From the NCBI RefSeq assembly GCF_902713615.1, contig NC_052161.1:52332528-52396527 (forward strand): a stretch of DNA of 64,000 bases, in the 5' to 3' direction. This document shows, in pieces, positions 22,079-35,514 of the stretch. The notes below the pieces were generated by a model. It did not search any database. It saw only the letters and a list, made by a program, of their open reading frames with translations, and was not told the DNA's origin. Origin of the DNA: Scyliorhinus canicula (taxonomy: Eukaryota). The stretch's first letter is position 1, and each line of letters opens with the position of its first letter. The position numbers and the translations under genes are program-made.

Positions 22079-23959
22079 TCACTACATATTAGACCTTGTT
22101 TCAGTGTATATCAACTGTTTCACTTGCCTCTGGATTTAAATCAATAGGGTTCTACCCATACCCATTGCCCCAGCTCTTGTGCCCTGTATGATCCCTTTGA
22201 TTTCAGGCAATTTCTTAATTGCAGGCTGTATCCACCAGTTATTGGATGGAGCCTCTTTGCCCAAAACAACCATTTAGTCATTAAGCTGTTTGACTTTATT
22301 GTGATAATAAAGGCCAGTTCTATCCCTATCTCTTCCTCTATCCCTTGAATTTCTAGTACATAAACAAAAATATATCACTTCCTATAGGGGGGCCATGTGA
22401 CTCTGGTTATAACATTACACCCTGCATTGTCTGTTTCACGTCTCTTGACTGTAACCAACGTCTAACTTGATTTCTCAGGTCTCTGTTACTAATCCCACTA
22501 TTGGTCAGAAGCAAAATCATTTCAGCTGTTCTCGATTGAAACAAAAATGGTGCAAATAATAAACATCGATGAGCAGAATCAGTCATTTGAGTCTGACATG
22601 GCTCTGTAGTAATCACTTCTTTAAATGCATAGGGAACTGCTAACATTTCAGTTACTATTAATCACGTGTTGGTGGTGCGGTAGAGTTCACGAAGGGAATC
22701 CCGAGTTGTTGTGGCAACATACACTTTCAAAGTTTGACCAGTTTTTCACTTTTATTACAATTTTCATGTTGTAGTCTGGAGCTGCAGATAATGATGATCG
22801 AGGCTAAAATGTTCTTTCCATCACATGGCTGACCAGGAATCTCTCCAGCTCTTACCTCCTGCCATTGGTGTATGATGGCAGAATTTACACATTGATGATC
22901 TATCTGTTTGGCTGCATCAAGAACAAACCTTCCTTCTCCATCAAGTCCTGGGGGTGTTACCACAGACTCGAACGTGGAGGCAGGGGTGCTACCCACTGTG
23001 CCGAAAACTTTCATCAGTCCTATACCTCACTGTAATGTTCCCTCTATGCTGCAAAGGTATTGCACATGCCGTCCATAATCTGCCTGTTCTTAAGGTGCTG
23101 CACAGGTATTGTCCCAGAATTAAATTTAAAGGTATGAATATGAAGAGGCCGCACGGGATGAAAAATATATTTCGAGAGGGCATTGCTCATCAAAATATCT
23201 CAGAAAATGTTTCTAACAATGGTTTTATTTTGATTCTGCCAGTAAGAGTTTCTGTTATACTGAGAATTTTGCTATTGCAATTACCATTGCAATTATAACT
23301 ATTCAAATATATTAACATAAGAACCAGGAGAAGGAGTAGGTGATTCAGCCTCTTGAGCCTGCGTCGCCATTCAATGCAACCATGGCTGATCTCAGGCACG
23401 ATCGAACAAAAACGGTTCGAAGTGGGTTTTGCTGGGAGTTTCTCCCTGGTTCTGTCAGCGAGTTCCCCACTGCTACCTAACCACACTTAGGGCACGGTTT
23501 AATGGCTGTGCCGCGCTTGTGCGAGAGACTGTGTGTAGGCGTATCATGTCGCAGATGGGAGTTATTGCTTGGCATCCCAATCAGAGCGTGAGGTCTAGAC
23601 ACTTTGCCTGAACACTGGAGGACTCAACATCACAGATGCAACAGCTAGCATCTGAATAGTCAGCGGCTGGGCCACAGCACTGGGGACACTCCTGCGACCA
23701 GAGGGTGGTGTGTGCAACAGTAGGGAACCAGCGCCTGGTTCAGGTAACGTTATGAGCAGGTGTCTGGGGTACAGGGTCCGGTACCCAGGGGCCCCCGCTT
23801 TGGCCAGGGGTGGGTAGGCAGGGCAGATTAGATGGCACCCTGAGGGTTGGCAGGAGATGTGAGGGAAGGGGTAGCATGGGTACTGGAGGGTCCCAGGGTG
23901 GAAGCCACCACTGGTTGTCTGTCTCTTACCCTTTCCAATTCTTTCCAGATATTACACGA

Positions 23960-25000
23960 AATGGATGATATCTTGGGACCTGCGAAAGCTGCCCTCGCTA
24001 TGCTGCTGGCAGGCCAGGCGACCAGAAGCCAGAGAAAACAACAGCAAAGCATTTATAGAGGCTCGAGGTGAAGGCCCATGTGCAGGGCTCCGCCCCACAC
24101 CCTGGACCCGACCGCACATCAGGCCAGGAAAGGAACAAGAGAGGGCCCAAGGTGTACCGGCATCGCTGGTCTTTCAAACAGATGACGGAGGGCGTGTGCC
24201 GCAGAAGGCTTGGCACCATGTGGAGGAGAAGAATACCTGCTCCCAGTGGCTGTCAAGTTCACCACAGCCTGAAACTTTTACACCGCTGGGTTGTTCGCGG
24301 GCTCGTGCGGCAACTCACAAGCCACAACCCACAAGTGCATCCATGAAGTAACGGATGCGTTGTTTGCCCAGGCACTAACTATATAGACTTTGACCTGGAC
24401 CAAGGCAAACAAGATGCCCAAGCAACAGGATTCTCCACCATCACCGGGATGCCCCAGGTCCAGTGGGTAATAGATGGCATGCATAGGCAGCATGGTGGTG
24501 AACTGGTTAGCACTGCTGCCTCATGGCACTGAGAATCGGGGGTCGGTCCCGGCTCCAGGTCACTGTCCGTGTGGAGATTTTATATTTTCCCTGTATGTGT
24601 GGGTCTCACTCCCACAACCCAAAGATGTGCAGGGTCGGTGGATTGGCCTCACTAAAATGCTCTTTAATTGGAATTTTGTTTTAAAAAGTAGATAGCGTGC
24701 ACCGGGGCTCAGGGAGGTTCCACTCCCTGAATATTCAAAATGTGTGCAACCATCACCTCTGGATCAAGCACCTATGTGCACACTTCCCAGGGAGTGTGTA
24801 TGATACTACATCCTGGGGCAGTCGGAAATCCTCAGCCCCTTCGAGGACCACCCCAGAATGGCTGGTTGGCTCTTGGCGAATATGGGGTACCCACTTACAC
24901 CTGGCTAATGACACCAATATGGAGGCTGGTGATCGATGCAGAGACCCAATACAACGTGAGCCCATGCGGCCACATAAAGGACAGGCAGCAGCTGCGAGGG
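23960..25000 (+). pseudogene. PIF/Harbinger DDE transposase remnant, interrupted by a SINE
   Basis: Recoverable across frameshifts: LPVAVKFTTA*NFYTAG, SQATTHKCIHEVTDALFAQA, GMPQVQWVIDG, FHSLNIQ, FPGSVYD, GWLL...GVPTYTWLMTP. Confidence 0.82.
24486..24690 (+). mobile_element. V-SINE short subfamily
   Basis: Same head, V-domain and tail as 3102-3305. Confidence 0.8.
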
Positions 25001-25239
25001 TCTGGCATGCCCAGAGGACCAGGGAGGCCCTCATCTTTGCCTGCTTCTCATAGGATATGGTTTCATCCGTCATCTCACCCCTCCCACCCTGCTTCCCACC
25101 CATCGTCCCACCACACCCGTTCCCAATATTCCCCATCCCACACCTGGCCTACATTACTCACGCCCCCACCCATCATTCGCCCCGCTCCATGCCCATTCCC
25201 ATCCCCCCCAACCATAATATTCCACCCTGCCAGGTGATC

Positions 25240-25560
25240 ACTCTAGGGTGATCAGCCTGTGTCAGCGCTGTCTACTACTTTTATAATATTCCTCTAGCTA
25301 TCAAGACCAAAATTTCATTTACCTTCCTCATTACCTGCTGCACCTGGCTGCAGCTGTAACTGGTTTTCTGCGATTCATGTACGAGGACACCCAGACCCCT
25401 CTGCACCGAAGCACTCTGAAGTTTCTCTCCATTCAGATAATAAGTTGCCTTTCCATTTTTCTGACCAAAATACATAGCCTCACACTTCTCAAAGTTAAAC
25501 TCCATCTGCCAAATTTTGGTCCACTCACCCAACCTATCCATTTGTAAATTTCTTATTTTC
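25240..25560 (-). mobile_element. CR1 RT fragment
   Basis: DRLGEWTKIWQMEFNFEKCEAMYFG...RGLGVLVHESQK (ORF 25281..25541). Confidence 0.85.
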
Positions 25561-25792
25561 TCATTGAAGCTTACAATAGCTTATAATCATTACTGTTTTA
25601 TGTTATTTACATCAGTTTATTTTTCTTTGGGAATGACATATGAAGAATGGAGTTCATCAAAATTTTAGAAAGCCTGCAATTTTCTTCAAATATTGACTCA
25701 CTTGGTCCAATTTTAACTCTATGCAGGAGGACAGATTTTGAATCAGTTAAATTCTTGCTCACTTATATTGAATACTCAAGATGAAAAGCAAG

Positions 25793-26152
25793 GGGCTAGA
25801 TACTCCGATTCCGGGGCTATGTCCCCACGCCATTGTAAAAACTGTGGCCTTCATGCCATAAAACCTATTCAAAGCCCTGCAGGGGGCTAGCAGGGACCCG
25901 TGGGGAAGCTGGCATCTTTAGCTGCAGATACCCGCACTTCCGGGTCAGAGGCCTCACATGCGCACGGCGGCAGCCTCCAGCGGCCGTGCCGTACTCCATG
26001 GCGGATTCAGACCGCGGAGTTGGACCTCCCAAATATTGCCCCCGATCGGCTGCGCCCATCCCGGAATGTCCGCCCAATAATTGTCGGGGCCTGTATGAGG
26101 CCCCCCCATGCCCGGACGTGATTTCGGCGTCGGGGTGCGGAGAATCTAGCCC
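25793..26152. mobile_element. Harbinger-type MITE
   Basis: TIRs GGGCTAGATACTCCG / CGGAGAATCTAGCCC (1 mismatch in 15). Confidence 0.8.
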
Positions 26153-27167
26153 AAATGTCCCAGTAAATGACATTCTCATTTTAACTAATGGTGCATGATT
26201 GAGTTTGGAAAGGATATTATTCTAATTTAATACAATAGCTGTATCATTTAATCTATTGCCATACACAGCAAAATGTGTCAAACACGTTTTGTACGCTACA
26301 AATGTAGAGAGAAATTCAGCAATTTAAAGATTTTACCACCACATTAATTCAGACAGAACAGGCAGATTCTCCCAATTAGGCCGATTGTCCCAATGGGGAA
26401 GGGGGTGGGGTGGTGGTGGGAGGGAGGGGTAGGGCGGTAGATTCACTCACATCCCCGAGACCACCTCAACCCTGACCCCGGTTTCCCAGGTGGAGGTCAT
26501 TTTAAAAACGGGATTTCAAGCACCGAGTGGGAGCCCAGCAATACAATGGAGGAATATCATGGCAGTACTGCATTGGGTACATCATGGAATTACCCAAAGA
26601 GGGAACAAAGAACACTAAGGACAAAACAAAACTTTTTTTGGAAGCCTCTGAGAATTCCAAAACCTGCACAAATGAAAGTTTGAGGCAGAAGAGGAAAGAG
26701 TGGAGGCCTTTACTGAGCCCTCTTTTCTCACTAGAATAAATCTGGAGTCTTCTTGCCTCTATACCAGCCTAATCCCATCCTTCCACTCGGAAATTCTGTT
26801 GAGCTACAGTAGGGTTGATGACAGAAAAGTGGGTTTGGAACTGAAGGTCCACCAACCTGTACTTTTAATGGACTAGGAGGTAAGGATTGGTCAGTAATAA
26901 TCCTGGCCATAGATGGGGGGAGGGAAAATAAGATCAGGTGATGGGAGACGCTGTGGCAATTTTGGACAAGATCATGGAGGAAAGCCCAACCCAATGTACA
27001 TCAATGCCCCAAAAGATTAATTACGTGAATGCATATCCCAAACCACTTTACTTTTGCTTTATAATGTAATGTGTATCCTTGCAGAGCATGGATGTAATGA
27101 GAAAATCAAGGTAAACAGAATTATAAGAGTGCAGACATTGACCGTTATGTTATTATTGCACAGATTA

Positions 27168-27335
<168 letters not shown>

Positions 27336-28046
27336 TTACATTAGCAGGACACAGATACTCCGCCGTGGGTTCTGATTTCGGCACATATTCATTGTTCCTG
27401 TTTCAACATTGCTTGAAACAAAATAATTCAAATTATTATAGGGGACAATAAAACTGGAACATTTTTTCTGACAGGATTTACTAACTTGAAAAAGTAGCTC
27501 TTACAATCCTGTTAATGCCCCCTTCTAAACTAAATTCCAAGGTTTCTATAGACTTACATATAAATTAATCAGCTTCAATAACTCATCAAGATTCTTCAGC
27601 TAGCATCTTCCAAACCCAAGTCCACTGCCATCTTAAAGGACATGAATCCTCTCCAAGCCGTGCTCCAACTGACTTGGAAATGTATCGCCGTTCCTCCACT
27701 GTCGCTGGGGCAAAGTCTTGCAACTTCCTCCCTACCAGCGATGTGTGTGTACCTACAGCACATGGACTGCAGCGGTCAAAGAAGGCAGCTCACCACCACC
27801 TTCTCAACAGTAATTAGGGATGGGTAATAAATGCTGGCCTAGCCAGAAATGCCTACATCCTCTGAGCGAAAATTTAAAAAAATAAGCTCATGTTATGGAC
27901 GGGGAGGGGTTAATTTAAACGGCAATAATTTAATCTCTCGCCACCCGTCCATAAACAGGAAGTTATTTTGAATTTTTTCCCTCTCCAGAAGCAGTGGTAT
28001 ATTTCCCAACCCCTTGTTTTTTTTTTGCATGATCCAAATTTCTGTT

Positions 28047-28707
28047 TGTAGCCCTACAGCAAACACAAGACAGGATAAACTCAAAGGGTTAATTTATTAG
28101 CGCATTGTCAAAATGCAGGAGGACGGTCACAATGTGGCCTCCTTTTCCTCCAATGTTGCACCAACACTCAAATAGTAAAGAGGGGGTAGAGAAAAATAGA
28201 ATTTACAGTACAAAAACACAAGACAGGATAAATTCAAAGGGTTAATTTATTAGCACATAGTCAAAATGCAGGAGGACGGTCACAATGTGGCCTCCTTTTC
28301 CTCCAATGTTGCATCAACACTCAAATAGTAAAGAGAGGGGTCGAGAAAAATTGAATTTACAGTACAGAAACCGCAGAGAAAATAAATATTGGTTCACGTG
28401 GGTTCCAGAGTCAAGAACCAAAGTCCAATGAGGTCTTCCTTCCTGGAAATCAACAGGTTGAAAACCAATGCTGTACAATTCACTTTTCTGGTGGTTTTGG
28501 CTTCAGAAGATGAGATGGGCATGCATCAGTCTTGTAGGCTCTAGCACAGAGCTTTCAACAGAAACAGTGTAAATGGGGGCCAGGTGTCCAACCTGAGCTG
28601 AGCTTTATGTGTGTGTGGATTCTAGTCTCATGTTAAAGATCAGGCAGAGCTCTTCAGTTCAGCGAGGCAATATTATCTGATCAAGAAGTCAGAAGCCTAT
28701 GTAACAT
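28047..28707 (-). mobile_element. LTR-like segment containing a 153-bp tandem duplication
   Basis: Minus strand TGTTACA...GGCTACA, preceded by a poly-G tract (28714-28731) and containing AATAAA. No TSD found. Confidence 0.4.
28061..28368. repeat. Two-copy 153-bp tandem repeat
   Basis: aaacacaagacaggataaa...tttacagtaca begins at 28061 and again at 28214, with few differences. Confidence 0.92.
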
Positions 28708-29094
28708 GACCAGCCCCCCCCCCCCCCCCCCAACTCTCCACAAGGTCTTCAACAAAGGATTTACCTCCATCACCTAGAATTCAGCTGAATCACACAGACT
28801 TTCAAATATCCCAGTCATTATGAGTTGAAAGAAACATTGGAATGGCCTTCATCTTATAGATCCTCAGTCTCCTGCTGGGTTGTCAAATGCAAATGGCCCT
28901 TTATATAGCTCGCTATATATCGTTGGGCTATGCAGTCCACAAGGGATCATTAGTGGCTCCTCAGAGATAGTGAGGTGCACGTTTTCCCCAAACTGCAAAA
29001 GGATTTCTTCTGTTCTCAGATCACAGACAGATATAGGTTCAACCATTTTAAGGATTTTGTTCAACCAAGGTCCAGTTTTAACCTTAGAAGTAGT

Positions 29095-29345
29095 AATGAG
29101 TATATATTTAATAAGGACACGGGGAGTCCACACCGAGTAAAATAAGAAATTACGTTTATTTATAAGAATGAAATGTACACGGCCCAGTAGATCCCTACTC
29201 CGTTCTCCTCTGGTTGGTGTCTTATTGACCGATCTTGCATACAGTGATCAACAAAATATTCCGTCCCTAGTGGGGGAGCTCGTACTCTGCAAGAAGCATG
29301 GGGGAGATGAGCATTCCCATCCCATAGATCCCGTACGGGTATTAT
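29095..29345 (-). mobile_element. Probable solo LTR (approximate); similar segment at about 44715-44950
   Basis: Shared taaggacacggggagtc/taaggcacggggagtc, tttattt and ggagctcg motifs; about 250 bp. Confidence 0.45.
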
Positions 29346-30419
29346 AATATATGTGTAGTTTTTTTAATAAAAACGAACAGTGTGAGGTCTTAGTCCATCA
29401 CAGTCCTCACAAATTCTCCTGGCCTCAGGGGAAATGTAAATTATTTCCTTTTTTTTTCATGTGGCCTTATGAAAGAAAAACACAAAGTGAAGAAGCAATC
29501 ATTGACTCATTCCTACTGTCAGATCAGACATACAGCTAGCAGGGGCAATGCTGCATTACCCGCTGCATTTAGTTTTAGGTTTAAATCTAGGTTAGTGCAT
29601 CTGCAAGGACACTGTCCGTCCCTGAGGCATGTGTTTAGGTAAACTGGGAAGATTCAAAATTTGTCTGTAGGGGGAAGTCTATTCAGATTAAAGTTGTGAA
29701 TTTCTCTGTTCGGAATCAGATATAAGCAAGGCCACTGTTTTCAGAACTCTGTGTGTGTCCAAATCCTCATCACATATCTTCTAAAGGGCCTGGGGTATTA
29801 CAGGGTGGTTAGCACTCTGGGGGTGAGTAATGGTCAAGCAGCTCTGGGCTATCTACAGGGTGATGCTGGGTTTCTCAAACTGTCTGTCCCAGTGTGTGCC
29901 AGTTCTTTTGGTCAAAAGGCTTAGCTGTTTCCTGTCCATCTTGGTAACTTGTGGGTTTAGTTGTTCCGGCACAAGCACTATGGTTGGGCTGGTGTTCAGG
30001 AGATTGGCATTCTTTAGTGAAGTCTGGTTCAGTGTCTGGATCAGGCGTGAGCACAACAAGGGCATTCCAGTCACTGTTGTTAGGCACTAATTGTTGACAC
30101 TGCAAGAGGCATGTAAGCTTCTCCTGAACCTGGGCCAAGGTTTCAGGGTCCAGATGAAAGGAACACCGCATTCTGGAATGGGTCTCTCCTGCATCTATAT
30201 CCAGTGGAATGGGATATTGTACATTACACTATCTGAATTTCCCATACTCTGACTATTAAATTTTCTGACTCTTACACACTCTGTCGTATGTACCGAGTTA
30301 CAGTGAAAAATATTGTCCTGTGTACAGACCAGGCAGATCGTTCCATACATGAAAAAACGTAGGACATACGATAAATATACAAATGTAAATACAGACACAG
30401 ACATTGAGTGAAGCATACA

Positions 30420-31780
30420 GAGAACAGTGCTATTACACACCGTGTCTATTACATACTTTGACCATTACACACCCTCCTGGCTGTTACAAACTCTGAATAT
30501 TACGCTTTCAGACTGTTACACACTGGCCATTGTACTCTCTGGCTGTTACACACTCTGACTATTAGACACCATGGGCTGAATTCTCCGTTTTGCCGGCAGC
30601 CCAGGTGTTTCCCGATTGTGTGGGGCTGCCTCACAATGGGAAACCCCATTTACCAGCTGGCGAAACGAAGAATCCTGACGGTGTGCCGCACTAGAAATCC
30701 AATACGGCAGGTACGTAGAAACTCGCCCCCTATTTTTTACACATTCTGACTCCTACACGCTCTTACTGTTACACACTCTGACTGTTACACACTCTGACCG
30801 TTACACACTCTGACCGTTACACACTCTGATCATTACACACTCTGATCATTACACACTCTGATCATTACACACTCTGACTGTTACACACTCTGACCAGTAT
30901 ACTCTCTGACTGTAACACACTGACCATTACACACTCTGACCATTATACACATTGACCATTACAAACCCTCTCTGTTACACACTCTGACCATTACACATGC
31001 TGTTTGTTACACGCTTAGACCGTTACACAAAACAAAGATGACAATCTCAGCACATCTGACAGCATCTGTGGAGAGAAAAGGGAGCTGAAATTTCAAGTCT
31101 GGATGACTCTTTGTCCAAAGCTAAAGAGAACTGGAAATGAGGTCAGATCTATAATGTAACGGGGAGAGGCATGGAGCGGGGGGGCTGAATAGGGGGCCAG
31201 TGATAGGTGGAGACTGACAAAGATGTCACGGACAGAAGACAAAAGGACTGTAAATGGGGGTGATTAAGGCTAAGAAGGATGCTGATAGTGGCACATGAAG
31301 AGATTAGAATCTGTGAATAGCAGAACAAAGTTGAACAGTGTGTCAAAGGGCAACTAGGAACAGTTGGCTCAAGTGGAGTGGGGGCAAATGAAAATAAATT
31401 GATAGAAATAAAAATGGGGTGAAAGTGTTCACAGTCTGAAGTTGTTGAACTCATGACTGGTATTGGAGGGCCGAAGGGCCTGTTCCTGTATTGTACTGTT
31501 CTTTGTTCTTTGTAACTCAATGATAAGTCTAGAAGGCTGCAATGTCCCTAATCAGAAGATGAGGTGCTGTTCTTCCAGTTTGCGCTGGTTCAAGGTTTCA
31601 GATTCCAGCATCCACAGTAATTTGCTTTTATCTGACCATTACACACTGCATCTGTTAGACACTCTGATCATTACACCATCTGACTATTGCACACTCTGAC
31701 CATTATACAGCCTGCCTGTTACACACTCTGATCATTATAGCTCTCCAACTGTTACACGTTCCTGACCATTATTCATTTTC
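30420..31780. repeat. 16-bp minisatellite (ttacacactctgacNN), split by a MITE (30573-30730) and a Penelope fragment (about 31030-31632)
   Basis: Many near-perfect units at 30760-30960 and degraded units on both sides of the insertions. Confidence 0.9.
31030..31632 (-). mobile_element. Penelope-like terminal fragment with an inverted end piece and a CR1-tail insertion (TSD aactca)
   Basis: Reverse complement of the PLE terminus at 31030-31130; plus-strand tail ttcagattccagcatccacagtaatttgcttttat at about 31595-31632; aactca flanks the gggccgaagggcctgttcc tail. Confidence 0.65.
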
Positions 31781-31889
31781 ATTGAAATCAGCATAAGGCT
31801 GGCAATGAACTTGTCAAAGTTGAAAATTTCCCTACGGATTTCTGCACTACTGTATTTCTGCCCACGACTGTGTGTCAAAATTTGGCTCC

Positions 31890-32640
31890 AACTCCATCTA
31901 CAAGTTTGCTGATGACACAACTGTCGTGGGTCAGATCTTGAACAATGATGAGTCAGAGTAAAGGAGAAGGATAGAGAGCCTAGTGGTGTGATGTAATGAC
32001 AACAATCTCTCCCTCAATGACAGCAAAACTAAGGATCTGGTCATTGACTTCAGGAAGCAAAGTATTGTGCACACCCTGTATCCACCAGTGAAGCCGAGAT
32101 GGAGATATCTGGAAGCTTCAAAATTCCTAGGTGTGCATATCACCAAAAATCTGTCCTGGTCCACCCACATCGGCGTTATTACCAAGAAAGCACAACAGCG
32201 CCTATACTTCCTCAGGGAACTAAGTAAATTCGGCATGTCCACATTGACTCTTACCAATTTTTTTAGATGCACCACAGCCTGGTCTGGCAACTGCTCTGCC
32301 CAAGACCTGAAGAAACTATAGAGTCGTGACCACAGCCCAGTCCAGCATGCCTCACATCCATTGACTCTGTTTGCACCTTCCGCTGCCTTGGGAAAGCGGG
32401 CCAGCACAAGCAAAGAACCCTCCCGCCTGGGTTATTTCTCTTCAAACATCTTCCATCGGGCAGGAGATACAAAAGTCTGAGAACACACACAAACAAGTTC
32501 AAAAACAGCTTCTTCCCCGCTGTTTCCACACTCAGTATGCTTCACCCGATGCCTATGTCTATGTATTTACATTGTGTATCTATGGTATGTCCTATGTTTA
32601 TTCATGGGTGGAACGATCTGTCGGGATTGTAGACAGAACA
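31890..32640 (+). mobile_element. Rex1/Babar-type LINE 3' fragment
   Basis: SIYKFADDTTVVGQI...CNDNNLSLNDSKTKDLVIDFRK...FLGVHITKNLSWSTH...KKAQQRLYFLR. The reverse complement of its 3' UTR also occurs at about 30280-30420. Confidence 0.8.
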
Positions 32641-32750
32641 TTCCTTTTCACTGTACCTCGATACATGTGATAAGAAATCAAATCCAATCCAATCCACAAC
32701 CCTTAAACTCTTTGGACCGGATTGTACAATCACCTACTGCCTTTGCTTAC

Positions 32751-32822
32751 CTTTCTCGCTTTGTACTTCTCATCGCATAACAAACTCTCAACTTTTGAGC
32801 AAACACCATCTTCCAGAATTTC
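32751..32822 (-). CDS. DNTT: TdT coding exon, equivalent to human DNTT exon 5
   Basis: Acceptor tacag|GAA and donor AAG|gtaagc; 72 bp. Translates EILEDGVCSKVESLLCDEKYKARK, like TdT [24 protein letters not shown]. Not in the ORF track. Confidence 0.88.
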
Positions 32823-34040
32823 CTGTATGCAAACATGAAATAGATTACAATATGTAGCCATCTATAAAGCCCTGTTAATTATAAAAATTTTGCCCACATT
32901 TTAATAATTTGTCCCATTTGGAAAAATACTCGAGCTGGTGGCTTGGAAAGAGGGATATACTTCTGGGATTAAATTGTCAAAGAAAGGGGTGGTAATTGTG
33001 GTCATGCAACACTTCATATAAATTCCAAATAAACCATTCGTTGGATTACACAATCCAGACAGGGAGATGAAGTTAAGATGGAGGTCGACCATCATATAAT
33101 TAAATCATGGAACAGCTGGGGCAGATGAACTGCCTACTCTTGCCTTCATGTTTCATCATTGTAACTTCGGCAAAAATGTGAGGTACTCTCTTATTCCACC
33201 GAACCTCCACCAAAGCTAAAGCATTGAAGCCCCGAGAAATGTTCGGCATTGTTTTTCATGTAATGCATGTTTCCCGATTTATGTGCGGAGGGAGAAATGC
33301 ATATTTACATGGAAAGATTTAGTAAAAATCCAGTCAACTCCATTCATGCATTTGTGATAAATGTAGGAAATGTTTATATAGATTGTATTATTTTTGTTGG
33401 AACAATGTTATTATAAACCCAGGGTAAGGTATCCAGATTCTGTGTCTACCAAAGCTGCAATTAAGATGTCGTAGAAGGTGATGTCAAGAATAATTTCAGC
33501 CATTTACGTGTTTACAGAGTGATGCTAAATGCAACTTTGACAATCTTTTGACAACTTTGACAAATCCAGCTTTGACAAGGGGTCATCTTGACTGGAATCG
33601 TTAGCTCTTTCTCTCCCTACAGATGCTGCCAGACCTGCTGAGATTTTTCAGCATTTTCTCTTCGGATGCTAAATGCAACATTGTTGTGATTGCTGGAGAT
33701 TCCCTGGAGTGTAGGTAATTTATGGCAGAGTGGTATTTGGTCCTAGCTAAGCAGGTCATGGAACATAGTGGGATACAGATGATGCAATGAATGGGAGAAG
33801 CCAGTTCTGCAGCAAGCAGCTTTTTTAGTGTGGCAAAGACAGAAGGATTTTCAGACTGTTCCTGAAAGGGTCTGGTCTCGCTCTACTTTTCTAAAAGCAA
33901 ATTTCGACACAGTAGTACAAGTATCCCTATATGTGTTAACTTTATTTATAAGTAGCTTTTGATCTATAATGGGCTTTGCTTGAGAGATGATATAAGATAG
34001 TAGTTAAAGTCTTTCCCTTTTTTTAGAACTCTTTAACTGT

Positions 34041-34362
34041 TAGAATCATAGAATCCCTACAGTGCAGAAGGAGGCCATTCAGCCCATCAATGTCTGCACC
34101 AACCCGCTGAAAGAGCATCCTACCTAGACCCAATCCCCCATTGTATCCCCGCAACCTCAACTAGGGGCAATTTAACCTGTCCATTCCACATGACCTGCAC
34201 ATCTTTGAACTGTGGGAGGAATCCAGAGCATCTAGAGGAAACCCACACAAACACAGGAAGAATGTGCAAACTCAACACAGGCAGTCACCCAAGATCAGAA
34301 TCGAACCCGGGTTCCTGGTGCTGTGAGGTAGCAGTGCGAATCATAGTGCGACCATGCCACCC
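34041..34362 (-). mobile_element. HE1-like V-SINE
   Basis: Plus strand tagaatcatagaatccctacagtgcagaaggaggccattc... is the reverse complement of the SINE tail; V-domain present. Confidence 0.85.
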
Positions 34363-34548
34363 TGTAGAGCTATTTTTCTGTGATGTTAATGTGATTAATA
34401 CTGTGTTAATAAGAAAAATTATTTTAATATAAAGGATCCTAATTTGTCAGAGGAATCATTTCTGGGGTGAAATACCCTTTGATCACAGTTTTAAAAAATT
34501 AAAAATCTTTGGAGTCTTGTCTGGTTTCTTAACATAAATTGAGAACTC

Positions 34549-35247
34549 GGGCGGGATTCTCCGACTCCCGGGTCGGCGAATCGCCCGGGGCCGGCGTCAA
34601 TCCCGCCCCTGCCATGTCCCGAATTCTCCACCCCCCGAGATTCTGCAGGGGCGGGAATCGCGCCACACCGGTCGGCGGGCCCCCCCGCGGCGATTCTCTG
34701 GCCCGCGATGGGCCGAAGTCCCGCCGCTGACAGGCCTCTCCCGCCGGCGTGGATTAAACCAACTACCTAATCGGCAGGATTGGCGGCGGGGCGGGCTCCG
34801 GGGTCCTGGGGGAGGCAGGGCGATCTGACCCCAGGGGGTGCCCCCACTGTGGCCTGGCCCGCAATCGGGGCCCACCGATCGGCGGTGGGCCAGTGCCATG
34901 GGGCACTCTTTTTCTTCCACCTTCGCCATGGCTGAGGCGGAAGAGACCCCCTCCTCTGCACATGTGCCGGTATGACATCAGCAGCTTGCTGACACTCCGG
35001 CGCATGCGTGGACTTACGCCGGCCGGTGAAGTCCTTTCAGCCCCGGCTGGCGTGGCGCCAAAGGCCGTTCACGCCAGCCGGCGGAGTGGGAACCACTCCA
35101 GCGCGGGCCTAGCCCCTCAATGTGAGGGCTTGGCCCCTAAAGGTGCGGAGAATTCTGCACCTTTGGGGCAGCCGACACCGGAGTGGTTCACGCCACTCCA
35201 ACACGCCGGGACCCCCCGCCCCGCCGGGTAGGGGAGAATCCCGGCCC
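34549..35247. mobile_element. GC-rich Harbinger-type MITE; same family as 61819-62412 (inverted)
   Basis: TIRs GGGCGGGATTCTCC / GGAGAATCCCGGCCC; internal homology to the 61819 copy. Confidence 0.82.
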
Positions 35248-35514
35248 TGGTCCGGCATCGTTACACATCTGACTGTAAGAAAGACATAGGGCGGGATTGT
35301 CCATTTATGAGACTAAGTGTTGATGCCAATGTAGAATCTGCGGACTTTTATGACAGAAAAGCCACACCACACCTGGACCGACTCTGCGACCGTTGAGGAG
35401 CTAGCACAGTGTTGCGTGGAACACAATCGATTCCAATGAAAAACGGTGCATGATCAACGCTCAGGTGGCTGACAAACTGCAGCCACACATACACATTATA
35501 CTCCCCACAACCAC

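Noticed and set aside
30420-31030. CRISPR-like array
   Set aside because: The repeats are head-to-tail with no unique spacers, there are no cas genes, and the context is eukaryotic.
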